Position numbers and translations under genes: made by a program | Shown: piece by piece, positions 29,609-38,653 of the stretch | Layout: each line of letters opens with the position of its first letter | How positions within the stretch are numbered: the first letter of the stretch is position 1 | Source: an uncultured delta proteobacterium | GTDB taxonomy: Bacteria > Desulfobacterota > Binatia > UBA9968 | DNA length: 64,000 nucleotides | Direction: 5' to 3' | Assembly (NCBI GenBank): GCA_963804165.1 | Contig: CAWDPO010000014.1 | Span: 1 to 64,000 of the forward strand | Notes under the pieces: model-generated | What the model was told of the DNA's origin: nothing | Seen by the model: the letters and a program-made list of their open reading frames with translations, nothing else | The model's database searches: none

Positions 29609-30742
29609 ATGAAGATCGGTTCCTATCGTCGCGATTTTCTGCGAAGCCTCGTCTTGATTGTTTTATGGAGTGAGATTGGATGGGCGGCCGAGCTTCGATC
29701 ATCCACTTCACAAGACTGGGATGCGATCGTGAAACGCGCCGAGGACGAGGGCCAGGTCAGCGTCTATGCGACTGATTCCATAGGAAACGCGCAGATGATT
29801 TGGGCGGCCTTTCAGAAGCGCTACCCAAAGATCAAGCTCGCCGGCACTTCGATGGGGCGCGGCAGCGATTTGTTTCCGAAACTCTTTGCCGAGCGCCGAG
29901 CGGGCAAATTTTTGACGGACGTATTTCTCGGCGCGCCGTCGGCGGTTTATCTCAACCTGTATCGAACCAAAATCATTGACCCCATTGCCCCGGTTCTAGT
30001 TCATCCGAGTGTCGCCGATCCATCGAAATGGTGGATGGGGAAGCACCATTACATCGATGCCGAGGGGCAGTACGTTTTCATGTATGAAAGCGCGCTTTAT
30101 GGTCCGCCGATATCGTTCAACACAAAACTTATCAACGAGAAGGAAATCAAGTCGGCCTGGGATTTAGTCCAGCTGCGCTGGAAGGGCAAATACGCGGCGC
30201 TTCAGTTGGGCCCGGCGCAGGGCTCGACGGCGATGACCTACGTCTACCATAATCCGCAACTCGGGCCGAAATTTATCGAGCGCATCTACCGCGATCTGGA
30301 GCCGACGATGTTTCGCGATTTACGTCAGGGCGTCGACTGGTTGTCTCAAGGGAAATACCCTCTATGTTTTCTCTGCCGCAGAATCGACCGGGCCGCGATG
30401 CAAGGTCTGCCGGTCGCCGAGCTCAATCCTTATCAAGTTGAGGAAAAGCCCGGTTTGGGGTCGGGATCCGGCGCGCTCGTGTTGATGAGCCAGCATCCCA
30501 ACCCGAACGCCGCAAAAGTTTTCATTAACTGGCTACTGTCGCCCGAGGGACAGACTGCTTTTCTTCAGGCTAACACCGACGAGTTGCGGATAGGCTCCTT
30601 GAGAGAGGACTTGCCGCCGGAAATCACACCGCCGCTCGCCCGGCGAAGAAAAGACCGAGAGTATCTCATGATCAATCGTCCCGAATGGATGGATTTCAAG
30701 CCGATCTACAACCATATCGAAGAGATGCGGAAGGGACGATAG
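29609..30742 (+). CDS. Extracellular solute-binding protein (Fe3+/thiamine/polyamine-like class)
   Basis: Signal-like N-terminus, A..EG.V.VY, F.KRYP.IK, HPNPNAAKVFINWLLSPEGQ. Confidence 0.85.
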   Translation: MKIGSYRRDFLRSLVLIVLWSEIGWAAELRSSTSQDWDAIVKRAEDEGQVSVYATDSIGNAQMIWAAFQKRYPKIKLAGTSMGRGSDLFPKLFAERRAGKFLTDVFLGAPSAVYLNLYRTKIIDPIAPVLVHPSVADPSKWWMGKHHYIDAEGQYVFMYESALYGPPISFNTKLINEKEIKSAWDLVQLRWKGKYAALQLGPAQGSTAMTYVYHNPQLGPKFIERIYRDLEPTMFRDLRQGVDWLSQGKYPLCFLCRRIDRAAMQGLPVAELNPYQVEEKPGLGSGSGALVLMSQHPNPNAAKVFINWLLSPEGQTAFLQANTDELRIGSLREDLPPEITPPLARRRKDREYLMINRPEWMDFKPIYNHIEEMRKGR

Positions 30743-30786
30743 CTTATGCACGGGAAAAGGATCGCGTCGTGCGTACAGCGACATTT

Positions 30787-31389
30787 TCAGCGGAGACGAG
30801 ATAGGAAGTAGGCGAGATCGAGAATCTGCTCGTCGCTGATCCGATAGAGCACATCCGCCATCGCAGCATCGTAGCCGCGGCGGGTGTTGTTTTTGTACTC
30901 GCGCAGAGCCTTGACGAGATAATCTTCGCGCTGGCCCGCCAGTCGGGGAACGTTCTGTTCGCCGGAATAATTTCCTTGATGACAGAAGTTGCAGCGGTGT
31001 TGCTCGATGAGCGAGCGGGTGCGTTCCATTCGTCCCGTGTCGATCTGGCCGCCGGAGGGCTCAGGCGGTGGGAGCTTCGCAATGTGCGCAGCCATGCTAC
31101 GCAGGTCGTCGTCTTTGAGTCCTTGCATGGCCTGATTCATCGGCTCGACGACGCGCAGTTTGTCGCGGAACATGAGCAGTTGAACTGTGAGATAAAATTC
31201 GGGCTGGCCTCCCAGAGAAGGTATTTCGGGGATAGCCGATTGCCCTTTTGCGCCGTGGCAGGCGAGGCATGGAGCCACTCGTGCTTCGAAGGTCTCGGCA
31301 TACGCATGCAATGCAGGTAAGCACATGCTGGCGGCGGCAATCGTGCCGGCCAGGAGCGTGCGCAACGTGTCGTGGTCGCTCCTGGCCAT
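30787..31389 (-). CDS. Di-heme cytochrome c (c4/c553 type)
   Basis: Signal peptide; CLACH and CNFCH heme motifs, each followed by P.L.GQ..YL and a Met ligand. Confidence 0.9.
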   Translation of the reverse strand: MARSDHDTLRTLLAGTIAAASMCLPALHAYAETFEARVAPCLACHGAKGQSAIPEIPSLGGQPEFYLTVQLLMFRDKLRVVEPMNQAMQGLKDDDLRSMAAHIAKLPPPEPSGGQIDTGRMERTRSLIEQHRCNFCHQGNYSGEQNVPRLAGQREDYLVKALREYKNNTRRGYDAAMADVLYRISDEQILDLAYFLSRLR

Positions 31390-31427
31390 TGAGAGCTGGG
31401 TGCGATTGCGCTCCCGCGCGTAGTGGC

Positions 31428-32729
31428 TCAACGCGCGGCGATTTTGGTGCTGCCGTAAGTCACGCGGTACACCGCGCCGGCGTAATCGTCGGAAACCAGT
31501 AGCGAGCCATCTTTTAGGACTTCCACGTCCACCGGCCGTCCACTGTATTCGTTGTTTTGCAGAAATCCCGTGAGAAACGGCTCTTGCGATTTGACGCTGC
31601 CGTCTTTGTTCAGCTTCACCAAAATAACGTCGCCGCCGACCTTCCTGGTGCGGTTCCATGAACCGTGGCGCGCGATGAAGATAGCATTCCGATACTGGCT
31701 GGGGAACAACTTGCCGGTGTAAAAGCGCATTCCGAGCGCCGCAGAATGCGGGCCGACCAGTGCGACAGGCTTTTCGAACTCGTCGCAGGATCGCCCCCAG
31801 CCCATCTCGCGGTCCGTGAAGGTGCCTTGATGGCAATAGGGAAAACCGAAATGCTGCCCGAGCTTGGTGACCCGATTGAGCTCGTCTTCGGGTAGATCTT
31901 CCGACAGCCAATCCCGGCCGTTGTCGGTGAAATAAAGCTCTTTCGTCACCGGGTGCCAATCGAAGCCGACGGAATTGCGCACACCGCGCGCCGCAACTTC
32001 GGCGCCGCTGCCATCGAGATTGATGCGGCGGATCTGGCCGTTGGTCTCCGGCGGCTCGCAAATATTGCACGGCGCACCGACGTTGACGTAGAGCTTGTTG
32101 TCGGGTCCCAGGCCCATGAATTTCCAGCCGTGTGACTGGTGATTCAGAAAATCGCTGTAAATCACCACGGGCTTCGGCGGATTTTCCAGATTGTCCTCGA
32201 TGTTTTCCAGTTTGGAAATTTTCGTGCCTTCGGCGATGTAAAGCGTACCTTTGTGATAGGCAAGGCCGTTGGGACGGTCGAGGCCCGAAGCGATGACTTT
32301 CGCTTCACGCTTGCCGCCTCTGTCGACGACCGCGTAGACCTTGTCGAGCACGCGGTTGCTGACGAACACCGTTCCCTTGTCGCCGAGCCTGAGTGAGCGG
32401 GCGTTGGGAATGCCGCTCGCATAGACCTCGACCTTGAATCCTTTGGGAACCATGAGCTGCGCCACCGGCAACTTGTCGGCTGGCGTGCCAAAGGGCAGCG
32501 GCGCGACGTTGCGCAGTTGCTTGGCGACTTCGGCGTTCGGAATGTCGGGTCGCCCTGGCACCGTCGTCGGCTGCGGCTGCTGACTCGGCATCGGCTTCGA
32601 TGCTTCCGGCGCGGGTGCCTTGGTTGGTTGATCGCCGGTTTGCTGCGCGATGACAGGAAGCGTGGCGAGAAGGCCGATGAGAATGCCGGCAACCAAGAGG
32701 CGAGATCGTTTCGATGGTCTCGTGATCAT
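31428..32729 (-). CDS. PQQ-dependent sugar/sorbosone dehydrogenase family (beta-propeller)
   Basis: Signal peptide, GPDNKLYV.VGAPCNIC, GVRNSVGFDWHP, TDNGRD, GFPYCH, HGSWNR, GRPVDV...DGSLLVSDD. Confidence 0.88.
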   Translation of the reverse strand: MITRPSKRSRLLVAGILIGLLATLPVIAQQTGDQPTKAPAPEASKPMPSQQPQPTTVPGRPDIPNAEVAKQLRNVAPLPFGTPADKLPVAQLMVPKGFKVEVYASGIPNARSLRLGDKGTVFVSNRVLDKVYAVVDRGGKREAKVIASGLDRPNGLAYHKGTLYIAEGTKISKLENIEDNLENPPKPVVIYSDFLNHQSHGWKFMGLGPDNKLYVNVGAPCNICEPPETNGQIRRINLDGSGAEVAARGVRNSVGFDWHPVTKELYFTDNGRDWLSEDLPEDELNRVTKLGQHFGFPYCHQGTFTDREMGWGRSCDEFEKPVALVGPHSAALGMRFYTGKLFPSQYRNAIFIARHGSWNRTRKVGGDVILVKLNKDGSVKSQEPFLTGFLQNNEYSGRPVDVEVLKDGSLLVSDDYAGAVYRVTYGSTKIAAR

Positions 32730-32785
32730 GGGAATCCTCCTTTATCGGGCATGTCCAATTTTACCCGCAACGAGTGCTCTAACTC

Positions 32786-34000
32786 TCATCCTCGCGCGTT
32801 CTGAACCAGCTTTTCAGGCTGTTCCTGGAACTTGATCTCGGCATCCTGTGGCAGCACCCATTTTTTGAGCGGCCGTCCCTCGGCCAGGGCGCGCAACTCT
32901 CTCTCCCAGATCCTGCGGAATAGGATGACGCCAACGTCCGAGCGGCCGAGATGCTCCCGAGCGCGATCTGCGAGGGAGCCCTGGCCAACCTGCGCAACGT
33001 AATCTTGCGCATGGACCAGGGAGATTTTGTCTTTGAAGAAGTTATCCAGATCCTGGAAACTGAGCTTGCCGGAGAGCACCGCCCCGCCCATCTGCGCCAC
33101 GGAAAGTTTCGGTTCCGCGGCCGAAGCGTCTTGGCGTGCGCGGTATGCGCGCGCGGCTTCTCCGGATAGTGGTAGGCGGCGGAGGCGAAACTCCAGAGCA
33201 TTTTCGTCATCGAGCGGCACGTCCCACTGCATGCGGTCTTCCGACGTGCATTCGGGTTCGGGAGATGGATTTCGAAACGCGTAGACGTTGGGCATGAAGA
33301 ATTGAAAGACGTTGCGCCAGCCCTGTGCAAAGCTCGCGTATCCTGTCGTCCCCCACGGGCTTTCTTCCTTCGAAATATCCGGCAGCCCGCTGCGATTGTT
33401 GTCCGCAGAAGCGGAATAGGCGCCGCGATGAACGAACGGCACGTGATAGGTGTCGCCGTTATTATCGATGCGCTGGAAAAAATTGCACGGCCATATCTCC
33501 GTCGAAAGGACTTCGAGCACGCCGTCTTCTTCCATATGACGATAGCGCGGAAAGGCCGGCGCGGCGCCTTCGCCAAAGTAGGCGAAAATCAAACCTAGAT
33601 ATTCCCGCGCGGGGTAACTTCTTATACGAATCTTTGCCGCGAAAGATTTCTCCTCTGCGGGCTGCTCGGTGCACTGGCCGGATTCGTTGAATCGCCAACC
33701 GTGATACATGCAACGGATCGAGTCGCCTTCGACCCAGCCGGCCGAGAGCTGCGTGCCGCGATGGGGGCAGCGAAAATCCACGACGTGCGGCGTCCCACCG
33801 TCGCCGCGATAGAGCGTAAAGCGCTCGTTCATGATCTGAATCGGTTTGGCTTGGCCGGGCAGGAGCTCTTCCGCGCGATGAATAGGGTGCCAAAAGCGGC
33901 GCATGAACGCACCGGCGAGACTTCCCGGGCGAGTGGAAACGAGATCCTCGAAACGCAGTTTTTTTACAGGACGATTGGTTTTACGTTTAGCTGAGGGCAT
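32786..34000 (-). CDS. Rieske non-heme iron oxygenase alpha subunit (phthalate 4,5-dioxygenase-like)
   Basis: CPHRG...CMYHGW Rieske motif; D..H...H and QD..AQ.GQG Fe site; EHLG.SD.GVI..R. Confidence 0.9.
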   Translation of the reverse strand: MPSAKRKTNRPVKKLRFEDLVSTRPGSLAGAFMRRFWHPIHRAEELLPGQAKPIQIMNERFTLYRGDGGTPHVVDFRCPHRGTQLSAGWVEGDSIRCMYHGWRFNESGQCTEQPAEEKSFAAKIRIRSYPAREYLGLIFAYFGEGAAPAFPRYRHMEEDGVLEVLSTEIWPCNFFQRIDNNGDTYHVPFVHRGAYSASADNNRSGLPDISKEESPWGTTGYASFAQGWRNVFQFFMPNVYAFRNPSPEPECTSEDRMQWDVPLDDENALEFRLRRLPLSGEAARAYRARQDASAAEPKLSVAQMGGAVLSGKLSFQDLDNFFKDKISLVHAQDYVAQVGQGSLADRAREHLGRSDVGVILFRRIWERELRALAEGRPLKKWVLPQDAEIKFQEQPEKLVQNARG

Positions 34001-34163
34001 GAGATTCTCTCCGCAGTTTTTTAATGGAATCTCCTAGGCCGGATTTGTTGGCTCGACGTCAAACGTTTCCAGTTCATTACAAACAACATCCGAGCTTGCA
34101 ATGGCTTGCTTCACGGCATTATAGATGCGGGTGCATTTATATTGCATCCGACTTAGTTTGACA

Positions 34164-34928
34164 ATGAAGCTGGACGGCAAGGTCGCAATCGTCACGGGTT
34201 CGGCGCGTGGTCTGGGATGGGAAATCATCCAGGCTTTCGCGCAAGAGGGAGCGAAGGTCGCGATCTGCGATCTCACGCAATCGGACGTGGACGAAGCCGT
34301 CGTGCGCCTGGGAGCGGCGCCGGAGAATGTCTTGGGCGTTAAAGCCGACGTGACTGCGGAGCGCGACGTGGCCGATCTATTTCACCGGACGCTCGGAAAG
34401 TTCCACCGGTTGGACGTCGTGGTCAACAACGCCGGTTTTGCCTGGCCGCGCGGCGGTCCGGTCAATCTAGAGCTTGCGGAAACGCCTTCGGATGTCTGGC
34501 TCAAGATCCTCGATACCAATCTCAACGGCACTTTTCTGTGCAGCCGGGAAGCGCTCAAGGTCATGCGGCCGCAGCGCGGCGGCGTGATCGTCAATATTTC
34601 TTCGCCGCAGGGAAAAAAGGGAAAACTTCTGAGAGGTCCCTATACAGCGGCGAAGTTCGGTGTCGAGGGATTGACCCAGGTGCTCGCGTTGGAGAACGAA
34701 TCTTACAACATCAGAGTAAACTGTCTCGATCCCGGCGGGATCGTCGCCACCGAAGCGATCAGGAAAATTTCCGGCAATCGCGGCGCGCGCATGCTTAGTC
34801 CGGAAATCGTCCGGCCCTGTGCTGTTTACCTGGCATCGGACGAGTCGAGCGGCGTGACGGGAACATCTGTTGTCGCTACCGATTGGCATAAGGAGCGGGG
34901 CTTTGTGGTTCCTTACACGGTCGCGTAA
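34164..34928 (+). CDS. Short-chain dehydrogenase/reductase
   Basis: TGSARGLG, NNAG, NISS, YTAAK. Confidence 0.92.
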   Translation: MKLDGKVAIVTGSARGLGWEIIQAFAQEGAKVAICDLTQSDVDEAVVRLGAAPENVLGVKADVTAERDVADLFHRTLGKFHRLDVVVNNAGFAWPRGGPVNLELAETPSDVWLKILDTNLNGTFLCSREALKVMRPQRGGVIVNISSPQGKKGKLLRGPYTAAKFGVEGLTQVLALENESYNIRVNCLDPGGIVATEAIRKISGNRGARMLSPEIVRPCAVYLASDESSGVTGTSVVATDWHKERGFVVPYTVA

Positions 34929-34972
34929 CGCGCGGTAATAATTCGTTTGTGTGACACTCAACGCTCCGAACC

Positions 34973-35006
34973 AAATCTCCCCTAGCCCCTCTTTTTCAAA
35001 GAGGGG
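34973..35006. repeat. Short intergenic palindromic element
   Basis: AAATCTCCCCTAG followed by the hairpin CCCCTCTTT-TTC-AAAGAGGGG. Confidence 0.55.
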
Positions 35007-35094
35007 AACCGACAAAAAGGGGATTTTCTCGGCGACTTAAATAATTAATCTTAGGCGAGTTTCATTTAGCAGCAACCTAAAGGAGACTGAATTC

Positions 35095-36078
35095 ATGCGG
35101 GCAAAATGGCAACTAAGAGCTCTCGTCTGCCTTCTAACCGTCAGCGCATTTTTCACACGGGCGGAAAGTCGAACGGTCAACGTGGCGGTCCCCACGCTTA
35201 GTATGGTGGTGATCGCCTTCACGGCCGCCAAGGAGAAGGGCTACTATCAGGACGAAGGCTTGGACGTGAACCTGGTTGTGATGCGGGATACGCTGGGCAT
35301 CTCGGCTCTGATCGGCGGCAACGCTGATTTTGCCTCCATGAGTGGCGCCGGTTTCACCGCCATTCTCGGCGGCGTGCCGCTGCGCTTCGCTTTCAGTAGT
35401 TTTTTCCGGCCGATGTTCTGGCTCTACGCCAAACCCGAAATTCAGGACGTCAAGGCTCTCCGGGGAAAACGGGTTGGCGTGACTGGCCTTGGTAGCGGCC
35501 CGGATAATCTCTTGCGCGAGACTCTTAAGCGCAATGGCCTGGAAGGCGGCCGGGATGTGACGATCCTGGCGTTGGGATTGCCCGCGACCCTCGCGGCGGC
35601 ACTTCGAGCCGGCACTGTGGATGCGGGGACGGTCAGCCCGCCGTTCAATTTTGCCGTGAGAGACGCTGGTTTTCGTGAATTGGTATCTTTTCTGAAGGAA
35701 GACTTCGTCGAGCTGCAAGGCAGTATTCTGACCCATGAACGGATTTTTCAGTCCGACTCGGCTGTCGTCGAAAAATTCGTCCGCGGCACCCTAAAAGGGT
35801 TGCGCTACGCGAGAGAAAACAAAGCAGGCACGATTCCGATCCTGCTCCGTTACATGAAACTCAAGGATGATCTGGCCGGACAATACTATGATCTGGTGCG
35901 GCCGATCATGACCAGCGACGGAACAGTCAACGCAGAATTTCAAAAAAAATATCTCGACCAAGCGCTCAAGGTTTTGTCGCCCAAAGAACCGCCGACGATG
36001 GAGCGGATCTATAATTATTCCTTAGCCCGCAAAATCAACGCTGAGTTGGATGTATCAGGGTGGAAGCCGGGAAAATAA
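35095..36078 (+). CDS. ABC substrate-binding protein, NMT1/SsuA/TauA family
   Basis: Signal peptide, A.EKGYY..EGLDV, L.GKRVGV...GS, AL.AG.VDA. Confidence 0.88.
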   Translation: MRAKWQLRALVCLLTVSAFFTRAESRTVNVAVPTLSMVVIAFTAAKEKGYYQDEGLDVNLVVMRDTLGISALIGGNADFASMSGAGFTAILGGVPLRFAFSSFFRPMFWLYAKPEIQDVKALRGKRVGVTGLGSGPDNLLRETLKRNGLEGGRDVTILALGLPATLAAALRAGTVDAGTVSPPFNFAVRDAGFRELVSFLKEDFVELQGSILTHERIFQSDSAVVEKFVRGTLKGLRYARENKAGTIPILLRYMKLKDDLAGQYYDLVRPIMTSDGTVNAEFQKKYLDQALKVLSPKEPPTMERIYNYSLARKINAELDVSGWKPGK

Positions 36079-36129
36079 GACTCGCTAAACTTGTGCTGCC
36101 ACTGTCGTTCATGTCTCCAACTCCTAACA

Positions 36130-38274
36130 TTATTGAACCAACTCAAAATCAATCTCGCTTCGAAACGAGTTAATCCGCACAACTTTCACCCGCACATTAT
36201 CGCCTAGCCTAAACTTTCGTCCGTGACGGCGGCCTTTGATGACGTATTCCTTTTCGTAGTAGTCGTAGTCGTCGTCGATCAGTGAGGAGAGTTTCACCAA
36301 GCCCTCGACAAAATAGTCATCCAGTTCGACGAAGAAGCCGAAGTTTGCCAGGCTGTTAATGAAGCCGGTGAACTCTTCGCCGATTTTATTCATCATGAAC
36401 TGAGCTTTTTTGAGACCGACCATCTCGCGCTCGGCGTCCATGGCGTGGCGCTCGCGCTCGGAGCTGTGTTTGCCGGTTTCTTGGAGGTAACGGAGCAAGT
36501 CTTCGCGCTGATTACCCTTAGGCTTTTCTCCGCGCATCACTCTGTCCAACATGCGGTGGACAATCAAATCGGGATAGCGGCGGATCGGCGAGGTGAAGTG
36601 CGTGTAGCAAGTCGAAGCCAGGCCGAAATGGCCGACGTTTTCAGGTTGGTAGATCGCCTGCTTCATCGAGCGAAGAAGCACGCGGTTGATGACCCGCTCT
36701 TCAGGTTTGCCGCGGGCGGATTGCAACAGTTTCTGAATCTCCAACGGCGCGATCTTGTCTTTTTTCTGGGGTAGACGATAGCCAAGGCTCAAAAGAAACG
36801 GCGCCAGAGCTTCGAGCGATTCTTGATCCGGCCCTTCGTGCACGCGGTAAAGGCTGGGAAACTCTTTTTCTGTAAGATGGCGCGCGACCGCCTCGTTGGC
36901 GGCGATCATGAATTCCTCGATGATCCGGTGCGCGATATTGCGTTCGGCGCGCATGATGTTTTCCGGCAGGCCCTGCAGATCGAGAACGATTTCGGCTTCC
37001 GGCAGGTCGAAGTCGAGATTGCCGCGGGCGCGCCGCCGCTCATAGATCAATAGCGCGAGCTCTTCCATCAGCTTGAATTCTGCGACAAGATTTTGGTACC
37101 GCGCCAAACATTCCGGATCTTGGTCGACTAAAATTCGCCGCACGCTCGTATAGGTCATGCGCTCGTGGCTGCGAATCACCGAATTGAAAAAGCGGCTGCG
37201 GATCACTTCACCTTTGGCGTTGAACTCGATACAGACGGTTTTCGTCAAACGGTCTTCGTGGGGATTCAGACTGCAAATCCCATTCGATAATGCCTCGGGC
37301 AGCATGGGTATCGCGCGATCGGGAAAATAGACGCTGGTTGCGCGCTCGTAGGCTTCCTGATCGAGCGCCGTTTCAGGGGCGACATAATGCGCCACGTCGG
37401 CGATCGAGACGTAAAGCTCGTAGTGATCGCCCTGTTTGCGCACGTAAACCGCGTCGTCGAAGTCACGCGCATTTTCGCCGTCGATCGTCACGATCGGTAG
37501 TTTCCGCAAGTCGGTGCGCGCGGCGAGCTCTTCCGTCGCGATCGAATAGGAAAGTTGATTTGCCTCGCGATGGACCTCTCCAGGAAAAGTCGCCGAGAGG
37601 CCGTACCGAAACACGATGGATTGTGCCTGCACTTCCGGATCGTCGGGGTCGCCCATGACGTTGACCACGTGAGCTTCCGGCGGTGACATGGCCGTGCCGT
37701 AGCGGGAAATTTCCGCCGCAACGACTTTACCTTTTTCCGGCTTCACCGCGCCTGGTTTGAGCGGAATGACGCCGATGCGCGCGTCCATGGGGACCAGGAA
37801 GCCTTTGCCGTTGAGCTCGTCGTAAGTTCCGAGCAGGCGTTTTTGGCCGTGTTCCAAGACTTGCACGATATGGGTTTCAGCGCCGCCGCGGGACTTCCGA
37901 TCGACGCGCACCATCACCTGATCGCCGTGCATGACGCGGCGCATTTCACGGTGATTCAAATAAAGATCTTCCATGTCTCTAGCTTCGGGAATCAAAAATC
38001 CGTAACCGTCCGGGTGGGCGTGGACTCTGCCTTTGACGAGATGCTGGCGGTCGGGCAGGGCGTAATGATTCTTTTTTAGGCGAACCAGCTTGCCGTCGCG
38101 ACACAAGCCGCGCAACGCGTCGACGATCACTTGTAACTCGTTGCGGGCAAATCCGGCGCGCCGGAGAATCTCCGCCGGCGTGAGCCGTTCCCGCGGTTTG
38201 TGGGCGAACAAATCGAGGATTCTTCCGCGTGCCTTGGGTTCGGAGGCGGATTCAAGATCGGACTGTGGTCGCAT
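36130..38274 (-). CDS. rnr: Ribonuclease R
   Basis: HPDGYGF CSD, TIDGENARDFDDA, IEEFMIAAN, HFGLA...YTHFTSPIRRYPDL.VHR, C-terminal S1. Confidence 0.96.
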   Translation of the reverse strand: MRPQSDLESASEPKARGRILDLFAHKPRERLTPAEILRRAGFARNELQVIVDALRGLCRDGKLVRLKKNHYALPDRQHLVKGRVHAHPDGYGFLIPEARDMEDLYLNHREMRRVMHGDQVMVRVDRKSRGGAETHIVQVLEHGQKRLLGTYDELNGKGFLVPMDARIGVIPLKPGAVKPEKGKVVAAEISRYGTAMSPPEAHVVNVMGDPDDPEVQAQSIVFRYGLSATFPGEVHREANQLSYSIATEELAARTDLRKLPIVTIDGENARDFDDAVYVRKQGDHYELYVSIADVAHYVAPETALDQEAYERATSVYFPDRAIPMLPEALSNGICSLNPHEDRLTKTVCIEFNAKGEVIRSRFFNSVIRSHERMTYTSVRRILVDQDPECLARYQNLVAEFKLMEELALLIYERRRARGNLDFDLPEAEIVLDLQGLPENIMRAERNIAHRIIEEFMIAANEAVARHLTEKEFPSLYRVHEGPDQESLEALAPFLLSLGYRLPQKKDKIAPLEIQKLLQSARGKPEERVINRVLLRSMKQAIYQPENVGHFGLASTCYTHFTSPIRRYPDLIVHRMLDRVMRGEKPKGNQREDLLRYLQETGKHSSERERHAMDAEREMVGLKKAQFMMNKIGEEFTGFINSLANFGFFVELDDYFVEGLVKLSSLIDDDYDYYEKEYVIKGRRHGRKFRLGDNVRVKVVRINSFRSEIDFELVQ

Positions 38275-38366
38275 AAAAAGTGATGGGCCTGACCCGGGAA
38301 TTCCCAGTTTGCAGCGGCTCCGCATGGCGCCGCTTTTTGAAACTGGAGATTGTCGCTAAAACCAGT

Positions 38367-38642
38367 TTATCGGGTCGAAGACTCCGCCGCTAGCTCGGCC
38401 ATGAACCAATCGTCTTTCATGTCGGCGGGCCGGGCGATTTCCCGCAACGGTATTTCTTTCTCGAGCGAGACCAAAATTGCGCGCGCGGTGTCGAGGAAGT
38501 CAGTCATGGCGAGGAGCACGATGACGGCCTTTTTTCGGTCCACCGTACGAATGATGCCGACCTCTTCGTAGGACTCGAAGACAAACTTTACATAGGCGAT
38601 GTGTTCGGCAGGCACTTCCAGGTAGATGTCGTGCAATACCAT
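38367..38642 (-). CDS. DUF4911 family protein
   Basis: I.YVKFVFESYE.VG..RTVD pattern. Confidence 0.75.
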   Translation of the reverse strand: MVLHDIYLEVPAEHIAYVKFVFESYEEVGIIRTVDRKKAVIVLLAMTDFLDTARAILVSLEKEIPLREIARPADMKDDWFMAELAAESSTR

Positions 38643-38653
38643 GGCAGAAGCCT

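Noticed and set aside
30787-32070. 427-aa ORF suggesting a long N-terminal extension on cytochrome c
   Set aside because: The extension overlaps the PQQ dehydrogenase in another frame; the signal peptide begins near 31389.
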